From Nitrospinales bacterium (GTDB lineage Bacteria > Nitrospinota > Nitrospinia > Nitrospinales > VA-1), in the NCBI GenBank assembly GCA_965223795.1, contig CBDCXL010000002.1, positions 320,001-384,000 on the forward strand: 64,000 nt of DNA, in the 5' to 3' direction. This document shows positions 52,670 to 64,000 of this stretch, in pieces. Positions within the stretch are counted from its first letter, which is position 1. The number at the start of each line of letters is the position of its first letter. Position numbers and translations under genes: made by a program. Below the pieces are notes generated by a model. That model made no database searches and was not told where the DNA came from. It saw only the letters and a program-made list of their open reading frames with translations.

Positions 52670-53980
52670 TCAGACCACGGTCACCGCGATGCGATGCATG
52701 GCGTTGTTGAGGTAGCCTTTCGGGTTCCAGCCCGGGACCACCATCGGCTGCTGCACGCCTGCGCTGTCGGTGGCGCGGGCCCAGACTTCGTAATACCCCT
52801 TGCCCGGAAAACGCACCGCCGCCTGCCAGCGCTGCCAGGCGTAGCGGTTGACCGGCTGTTTGAGCGCCGTGGCAATCCAGGTGGCGCCGAAATCGATGGA
52901 AAGGTCCACCCGCTTCACACTGCGGTCGCCGGCCCAGGCATGCCCGGCGAGCGGCAACGGATTTCCCGCCCTATGCTTGATCCCTGTTTTGGGCAATGTG
53001 ATGAGCGATTTCACCGGCATCGACTCGATGATCTTCATGTCCGCTTCGGGAACCTGCGCGCCCGGCGGCACGCGGTACCTGGGAACGCGGTAGGAATAGC
53101 CCGTCATCTTGGGTCCGTCGTGCTCGTGGTCGCGCACCCAGATGCGGCGCAGCCACTTGATCGACGTGGATCCCGGCCAACCCGGCGAGATCACCCGCAC
53201 CGGGAATCCGTGCAGCGGCGCCAGCGGCCGGCCGTTCATGGCCCAGGCCACCAGGGTGTGTTCCTCCATCGCCTTGTCGATGGGCGTGCCGCGCGAGATC
53301 GGCACTTTATTTGGATCCCCCGAAAGGTGCAGGTCGCTGCCGTAGTAGCCGGTGTACACGGCGCTGTCCTTGAGCCCGGCTTCTTTTAACAGGTCGCGCA
53401 GACGCACGCCGGTGTATTTAGCGCAGCCCACCGCGCCGAAGGTCCACTGGTTGCCCTTGGCGGGCGGGTGGTACCCGGCGCGGCCGTTGCCGCCGCACTC
53501 GATCTGCAGGGCGAGGGTCACGGTGTCGAAACGCTTGAGCGTTTCGAGCGTGAACGTCTGCGGCTCGTGCACTTCGCCGTCCAGCGTGAGGGTCCAGTCT
53601 CCGGCGTCGCCGCCGTAGGCGGAAGGCGGCACGAGGCCGTTGTTGCGCACGAAATGCCGGTTCACCGGCGTGACGGCGTCGTCCAAAAGATGCGGCGGCG
53701 TTTCGGCGTTGACCGGCCGGTCGTTGAGCACGGTCAGGCCGTCCTTGCCTTCGATGACGAACGCTTCCTCCGTTTGCGCCAGCGCTTCGGGAATCCAGCC
53801 CGCGGGCAGGTTGCGGGCGAACGGAATCTGCGCGCCGACGAAGGCGGCGAGCGCCGCGAATCCCGTGTCTTTAAGAAAACCGCGGCGCGAGACGCGACGC
53901 CGTCCCCAGATCCGCGCGTCGGCGCGTTCGGGATCGTCTTCGATCAGTTCGTGGAGTCCGCGTTCCTGTTTGCGTTTCAT
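52670..53980 (-). CDS. sorA: Tat-exported sulfite oxidase family molybdoprotein (SorA/SoxC-like)
   Basis: SRRGFLK Tat motif; FVRNN, ECGGNGR (Mo-Cys), HGFPVR, IKWL, GYLNNAMH; real start MKRKQERG after GAGGGGG RBS. Confidence 0.88.
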   Translation of the reverse strand: MKRKQERGLHELIEDDPERADARIWGRRRVSRRGFLKDTGFAALAAFVGAQIPFARNLPAGWIPEALAQTEEAFVIEGKDGLTVLNDRPVNAETPPHLLDDAVTPVNRHFVRNNGLVPPSAYGGDAGDWTLTLDGEVHEPQTFTLETLKRFDTVTLALQIECGGNGRAGYHPPAKGNQWTFGAVGCAKYTGVRLRDLLKEAGLKDSAVYTGYYGSDLHLSGDPNKVPISRGTPIDKAMEEHTLVAWAMNGRPLAPLHGFPVRVISPGWPGSTSIKWLRRIWVRDHEHDGPKMTGYSYRVPRYRVPPGAQVPEADMKIIESMPVKSLITLPKTGIKHRAGNPLPLAGHAWAGDRSVKRVDLSIDFGATWIATALKQPVNRYAWQRWQAAVRFPGKGYYEVWARATDSAGVQQPMVVPGWNPKGYLNNAMHRIAVTVV

Positions 53981-53991
53981 GTTGCCCCCTC

Positions 53992-54912
53992 TTATTTTTC
54001 CAGCGACACGCGCGGGTCGAGCCAGACGTAGATCAGGTCCACGGCGATGTTTGCGAGCACGATGAGCACCGCGTACACCAGCGTCACGCCCATGATGAGC
54101 GGGTAGTCGCGGTTGGTGACGGCGGTGATGAAAAAGCTGCCCATGCCGGGAATGGAAAAGATGAACTCGATGACGAACGAGCCGGTGACCAGCCCCGCCA
54201 GCAGCGGCCCCAGCACCGACACGATGGGATAGATGGAATTTTTCAGCGCGTGCTTGAGCACCACCGTGGGCTCGGAAAGCCCTTTGGCGCGGGCGGTGCG
54301 GATGTAGTCGGACGCCATGACGTCGAGCACGGTGGAGCGCGTCAGCCGCGCGACGTAGCCCGCGAAACCCGCTCCCAGCGCAAGCGCGGGCATCAGCACG
54401 TGGCGCGGACCTTCCCACAGCGCGGGCGGCAGCAGGTGCAGCTTGTGCGACAGGGCCCAGACCAGCACCGTGCCGAGCACGAAGCTGGGAACGGAGATGC
54501 CGAGCGTGGCCACGAAGATGAAGAACCGGTCGACGAACGTGTTCTTCCAGTAGGCGGAGGCGATGCCCGCGGGCACGCCGATGCCGACCACCACCAGGAA
54601 CGCGCACAGCCCCAGTGTGATCGAGACGGGAAACGTGTCGGCGATGATGGCGCTGACGTCGCGGCCGAGGTATTTGTAGGATGGCCCCAGATCGCCCTGC
54701 ACGAGCTGCTTGATATAGAGCAGGTACTGCGTGAGCACGGGCTTGTCCAGGTGGTACTTGGCTTCGATGTTGGCCTTGATATCCGGCGGCAGCGATTTTT
54801 CTTCGTCGAAAGGACCTCCGGGCACCTGGTGCATGATGAAAAAGGTGATCGTCGCGACGGTGAGGAGGACCGGAATGCCGAGTAGAATCCGCTTGCCGAG
54901 GTAGATCCACAT
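53992..54912 (-). CDS. oppB: peptide ABC transporter permease (OppB/DppB)
   Basis: PGGPF, GDLGPS, YIRTARAKGL, LDPRV. Confidence 0.92.
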   Translation of the reverse strand: MWIYLGKRILLGIPVLLTVATITFFIMHQVPGGPFDEEKSLPPDIKANIEAKYHLDKPVLTQYLLYIKQLVQGDLGPSYKYLGRDVSAIIADTFPVSITLGLCAFLVVVGIGVPAGIASAYWKNTFVDRFFIFVATLGISVPSFVLGTVLVWALSHKLHLLPPALWEGPRHVLMPALALGAGFAGYVARLTRSTVLDVMASDYIRTARAKGLSEPTVVLKHALKNSIYPIVSVLGPLLAGLVTGSFVIEFIFSIPGMGSFFITAVTNRDYPLIMGVTLVYAVLIVLANIAVDLIYVWLDPRVSLEK

Positions 54913-55079
54913 TCGGGTATCCTAACACAGTGAAAATGCGGGCGGCAATCGCCTGCGGCAGAGCGGACGCGGCCGATGGACGGCCTTGTGGGGGCAAACG
55001 GCGGTGCGCTATAATGGCTGCTTCTGAAACGGTCCTGATTCCGTCTTCCTTGAAACCCTGTCCGCTTCCGACCGATTCC

Positions 55080-56918
55080 ATGAACTACCCGTCATTGCGT
55101 GAATTCATCGCCCGTCTGGAACGGGAGGGGGAGCTGATCCGCATCGCGAAAGCGGTCTCGCCGGTCCTGGAAATTTCCGAGATCACCGACCGCATTTCGA
55201 AACAGCCCGGCGGCGGCAAAGCGCTGCTGTTCGAAAACGTCGAGGGCAGCGCCATGCCGGTGCTGATCAACGCGTTCGGCAGCACCCGGCGCATGCAGCT
55301 GGCGCTGGGCGTTGCGGACATCGAGGCGATCCCGAAGGACATCGAGCGCTACCTCAAGCTCGACCCGCCGGCGACGCTGCTGGACAAGGTGAAGCTGCTG
55401 CCGATGCTGTTCGAGGCGGCGCACTTCCCCCCGAAAACGGTGAGTGGCGCGGCCGCCTGCCAGGAGGTGGTGCACACGGGGGACGCGGTCGATCTTTCGA
55501 CGCTGCCGATCTTGCAATGCTGGCCGCAAGACGCGGGCCGGTTCATCACCTTTCCCATCGTCATCAACCGCAGCGTGGACGGCAAGGTGCGCAACGTCGG
55601 GCTGTACCGCATGCAGGTGTACGACAAAAAAACCACCGCCATGCACTGGCACATCCACAAGGACGGGGCGCATTTTTTTCACGAGTTCAAAAAGCAGGGC
55701 AAGGTGATGGAAGTGGCGGTGGCGATCGGCGCGGACCCCGCCACCTGCTACGCGGCTTCGGCCCCCCTGCCCTACGGCATCGACGAATTTCTGCTGGCGG
55801 GCTTCATCCGCAAGGCGGCGGTGCCGCTGGTGCGCTGCAAGACGGTGGATCTCATGGTTCCGGCGAACGCGGAGATCGTGCTGGAAGGGATCATCGACCC
55901 GAACAACCTCAGAACCGAAGGCCCGTTCGGCGATCACACGGGCTACTACTCGCAGGACGGCGACTACCCGGTGTTCGAGGTGAGAGCGATCACGCACCGC
56001 AAAAATCCGGTCTATCTCACCACCATCGTGGGCATTCCGCCGCAGGAGGATTATTATCTGGGCAAGGCCACGGAGCGGATCTTCCTGCCGCTGATGCGCA
56101 CGCAGCTTCCGGAGATCGTGGACATGAACATGCCGCTGGAAGGCGTGTTCCACAATTCGGTGATCGTCTCCATCACCAAGCGCTTTCCCATGCAGGCGCG
56201 GCGGCTGATGAGCGCGCTGTGGGGACTCGGACAGATGAGCTTCGTGAAAACCATCGTGGTGGTGGACGCCGACCTCGACGTGCAGGATCTGGCCGCGGTG
56301 GCGCGGCGGGTGCTGGACGGCGTGGATTTCAGGCACAACCTGTTTTTCTCGGAAGGCATCCTCGATGTGTTGAACCACGCGTCCGATCGGGCGCTGTACG
56401 GCTCGAAGCTCGGCATCGACGCGACGCGGCCGAGCCTGGGCGAGCCGGGTTATGACGCGCCGCCTCCCGTGCGCCCGAATGAGCCGCTGCCCGAGGCGGC
56501 GTCGATCGCGGAGGCGTTCGAGGCCGTTGCCGACTGCGCGTATCTCGATCTGGACACGGCGCGGCCGGTGCTGTTCGCCGCGCTCAGGAAAGACCGCCCG
56601 CTTCAGGGGAAGGAATTCATCGCCGAATTTTTCAAAGACGCGCGCTTTTCCGCCGTCGCGGTGCTGATCCTACTGGAAGCGCACGTGGACGTGCGCGATC
56701 TTTCGTTCATCATGTGGAAGTTTTTCAACAACCTCGATCCGAAACGGGATTTTCATTTCACAGAAAACCGGCTGGGCATCGACGTGACGCGCAAATCCGC
56801 CGAGGAAGGCTATCACCAGAACTGGCCGGACGAGATCGTCATGGATGCGGCGGTGGTGGAAAAAGTGCGCCGCGACTGGAATGAGCTGTTTCCGGACGGC
56901 TCGATCGCCAATATCTGA
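55080..56918 (+). CDS. ubiD: UbiD-family menaquinone biosynthesis decarboxylase (MqnL-like)
   Basis: LEISEITDR, NVGLYRMQ, EGPFGDHTGYY, GSKLGIDAT, duplicated C-terminal domain. Confidence 0.9.
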   Translation: MNYPSLREFIARLEREGELIRIAKAVSPVLEISEITDRISKQPGGGKALLFENVEGSAMPVLINAFGSTRRMQLALGVADIEAIPKDIERYLKLDPPATLLDKVKLLPMLFEAAHFPPKTVSGAAACQEVVHTGDAVDLSTLPILQCWPQDAGRFITFPIVINRSVDGKVRNVGLYRMQVYDKKTTAMHWHIHKDGAHFFHEFKKQGKVMEVAVAIGADPATCYAASAPLPYGIDEFLLAGFIRKAAVPLVRCKTVDLMVPANAEIVLEGIIDPNNLRTEGPFGDHTGYYSQDGDYPVFEVRAITHRKNPVYLTTIVGIPPQEDYYLGKATERIFLPLMRTQLPEIVDMNMPLEGVFHNSVIVSITKRFPMQARRLMSALWGLGQMSFVKTIVVVDADLDVQDLAAVARRVLDGVDFRHNLFFSEGILDVLNHASDRALYGSKLGIDATRPSLGEPGYDAPPPVRPNEPLPEAASIAEAFEAVADCAYLDLDTARPVLFAALRKDRPLQGKEFIAEFFKDARFSAVAVLILLEAHVDVRDLSFIMWKFFNNLDPKRDFHFTENRLGIDVTRKSAEEGYHQNWPDEIVMDAAVVEKVRRDWNELFPDGSIANI

Positions 56919-56948
56919 CCGTTTCACCCCTTTCATCCGCAGAGCCGC

Positions 56949-59777
<2,829 letters not shown>

Positions 59778-59788
59778 AGGCTTTTAAA

Positions 59789-60508
59789 ATGACTATAAAC
59801 TGGGTTCGCGTATACCACCGTCTTTTCGAAATTATTAACACTGCTGGTGACACATATTTTTCAGGAGGACGGTTCATTTCAAAAGTTCGAGAAGTTGATC
59901 CTTACTTCCCCAATTATCAGCAATACATGGCTGATCGCAGCGGTAGCACAAGTAGAAAAGATTATTATTACGATATTCTTCTAAGTTTTGATGAAGAACC
60001 AAGACTCCAAATTTTAAATTTAATATTGGAAGAAGTGCGCCCATTTTTTCCTGAAAAGGTTTCCGAAATTCAAGCAGAACTGGGAGGTTTTTCATCAATT
60101 CCGCCCGCACAGATAAATCCAGATACATGGAATTCTGATCGCTTAAATCAATATGTAAATGATATTGATATTCGAATTGGGGCTGGCAATTATGAGGGCG
60201 CTGTGACTTTGTGCTATACGGTTTTAGAGGGCTTTTTTAAAGCTTTCGTACAAAAAAATATTTCAGATTGTTCTGACCCAAGAGATATAGTTCAATTATC
60301 CCGATCTATCCAAAATTATCTTCGCAATGAAATAGATCAATATCCAGATGAAGCTCTTACCATGCTTAATCATATAACACATACGGTTAATAGAACTCGC
60401 AATGGATTCAGTGAATCCCACTTTGATGAAAGAGCAGGTCGATGGTTAGCTGTGTTTATCCGAGATCTAGTAAATACAGAGATCCGGCTTTTACTTAACT
60501 TTATTTAG
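59789..60508 (+). CDS. abortive-infection family protein (Abi_C-like C-terminal domain)
   Basis: AT-rich; NYEGAVTLCYTVLEGFFK...RTRNGFSESH pattern; alternative GTG start 59774. Confidence 0.7.
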   Translation: MTINWVRVYHRLFEIINTAGDTYFSGGRFISKVREVDPYFPNYQQYMADRSGSTSRKDYYYDILLSFDEEPRLQILNLILEEVRPFFPEKVSEIQAELGGFSSIPPAQINPDTWNSDRLNQYVNDIDIRIGAGNYEGAVTLCYTVLEGFFKAFVQKNISDCSDPRDIVQLSRSIQNYLRNEIDQYPDEALTMLNHITHTVNRTRNGFSESHFDERAGRWLAVFIRDLVNTEIRLLLNFI

Positions 60509-60524
60509 GGTTTAATTAGAAATA

Positions 60525-60578
60525 TCAGTTCTCTTCGGTGTGTTCGAGGCGGGCGGTGGCGCAGAAGAGTTGGAGCTG
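60525..60578 (-). repeat. duplicated 3' end of atpC (att-like direct repeat)
   Basis: 53/54 identical to 61079-61132, including the stop codon. Confidence 0.95.
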
Positions 60579-60613
60579 AACTTTTTTAATTAGGTGTGGA
60601 TGTGGTTGCCGTT

Positions 60614-60885
60614 TTAATTTGATGGCCGCGGGGGCTTGGGGTTTTTGCGGGAGCGGACGTAGGCTTCGAGCACGGCGTTGATGCGGGTCTGGTAACCTTT
60701 GCCGCCGGCTTTGAAATAATCGAGCACGGATTGCTTGACCCGGATGGTCAGGTGGCGGGTTTTTCCGGTTTGACCCATTCGGCGTTCTCCCAGAATGCTT
60801 CGTCCAGTTCGGGGATGTCGCTGAAGTCGATGTCTTCATCCTTCATCTTGTTCAGTTCGCTGATCTTTTTTTCTTTCGGTATCAT
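60614..60885 (-). pseudogene. brnA: BrnA/DUF4415 antitoxin, frameshifted
   Basis: MIPKEKK...DEDIDFSDIPELDEAFWENA... then other frame TIRVKQSVLDYFKAGGKGYQTRINAVLEAYV; one A missing in the A5 run at 60760-60764. Confidence 0.85.
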
Positions 60886-60914
60886 CGAATTCTCATATGA
60901 GCCACGTCAAGTTT

Positions 60915-61029
60915 TCATCCTGAGCCCTTCGTCCTTCGACAAGCTCAGGATGACAGCTCAGGACAGGCTTTGTCGAGGGGGACAACTCAAGAACCATGCG
61001 CGTCATGCTTCGACAGGCTCAGCATGACA
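60915..61029. repeat. REP-like inverted repeat with doubly nested copies in the left arm
   Basis: tcatcctgagc[nested]tttgtcgagggg ... tgcttcgacaggctcagcatgaca. Confidence 0.85.
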
Positions 61030-61078
61030 CTGTAAACTACAATTTCAATGGGATTTTCTGACTTCCCAATATGGCAGG

Positions 61079-61489
61079 TCAGTTCTCTTCGGTGTGTTCG
61101 AGGCGGGCGGTGGCGCGGAAGAGTTGGAGCTGGGCCTCCTCGAATTCCTTCTCGCTGAGGTCGGCGCGGCCCAGGGTCTCTTCGGCCCTGGCTTTCGCGG
61201 CTTCGGCGCGGGCGCGGTCGACTTCGTGCAGGAACTCTGCGGTCTCGGCGAGGACGGTGACGCGGTTTTCGGTCACTTCGAGGTAGCCGCCGCTGACGAC
61301 CAGTCCCGTGGTCTGGCCGTCGTTCTCATAGGAGAGCGGACCGGGCCTGAGGTTGGTGATGAGCGCGGCGTGGTCGTAGAGGATGCCGAGGTCGCCCTCG
61401 ATGCCGGGGGCGTTGACCTGATCGACGAATTGTTCGACGACGTTTTTTTCGGGGGTGACGATGTTGAGCAGCAGTTTGTTTTCGGCCAT
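61079..61489 (-). CDS. atpC: F1 ATP synthase epsilon subunit
   Basis: IVTPEK, GDLGILYDHA, VSGGYLEV, ARAEAAKARAEE. Confidence 0.96.
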   Translation of the reverse strand: MAENKLLLNIVTPEKNVVEQFVDQVNAPGIEGDLGILYDHAALITNLRPGPLSYENDGQTTGLVVSGGYLEVTENRVTVLAETAEFLHEVDRARAEAAKARAEETLGRADLSEKEFEEAQLQLFRATARLEHTEEN

Positions 61490-61551
61490 GTTTCTAAGCT
61501 AAAAAGTTTTATTTAATTCTTACAGTGGTGTAAAAGGAGTGAGTTATTTAT

Positions 61552-61635
61552 CCCCCCTCACCTAACCTCTCTCTCCAGGGGAGGCCAAGCGAAGCTTGGC
61601 ACCCGCTCATCAAAATACTGGAGGTGGCTTGAGGA
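61552..61635. repeat. CCCTCACC-type REP carrying copy 2 of the 48-bp hairpin mini-element (61584-61631)
   Basis: cccccctcacctaacctctctctccaggggag-[GCCAAGC-GAA-GCTTGGC-ACCCG-N10-TACTGGAGGTGGCTTG]-agga. Confidence 0.7.
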
Positions 61636-61654
61636 ATAAAAACCGAGCTCCAGC

Positions 61655-63995
<2,341 letters not shown>

Positions 63996-64000
63996 TTGGT

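Noticed and set aside
53981..55081. N-terminal 367-aa extension of the sulfite oxidase ORF
   Set aside because: Overlaps oppB in another frame; the true start with RBS and Tat signal is at 53980.
60525..60839. 104-aa ORF ending in the atpC C-terminal peptide
   Set aside because: Off-frame read of the brnA remnant running into the duplicated atpC end.

Overview
GC-rich bacterial chromosomal window with about 62 CDSs and no rRNA, tRNA, CRISPR array or transposase. Gene content (stand-alone nuoE-nuoG-nuoD, SorAB-type sulfite dehydrogenase, Amt, MqnL-type decarboxylase, LRR and DUF5069 proteins) suggests a Nitrospina-like chemolithoautotroph; this is inference only. Housekeeping genes include amt, nuoE/G/D, tatA, two class A PBPs, argG, glk-tal-pgi, hemB, birA, oppB/C, ubiD family, uvrA and atpG/D/C. 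Most notable: (1) a sigma-54 regulon in which a GAF enhancer-binding protein with a Cys cluster faces a consensus -24/-12 promoter and helically phased palindromes, driving an exported beta-barrel protein, DoxX, a Tat-exported intradiol dioxygenase and an extradiol-type VOC enzyme; (2) families of short intergenic palindromic repeats that insert into one another, including a 48-bp covarying hairpin mini-element; (3) a defence-like islet at the atpC 3' end with a 54-bp duplicated gene end, a frameshifted BrnA antitoxin and an AT-rich Abi_C gene; (4) sorAB inserted between oppB and oppC; (5) a divergent DUF512-like radical SAM operon, a FliF-C-like mini membrane protein, an orphan Rap1a immunity gene and an unannotated 42-aa lipoprotein.
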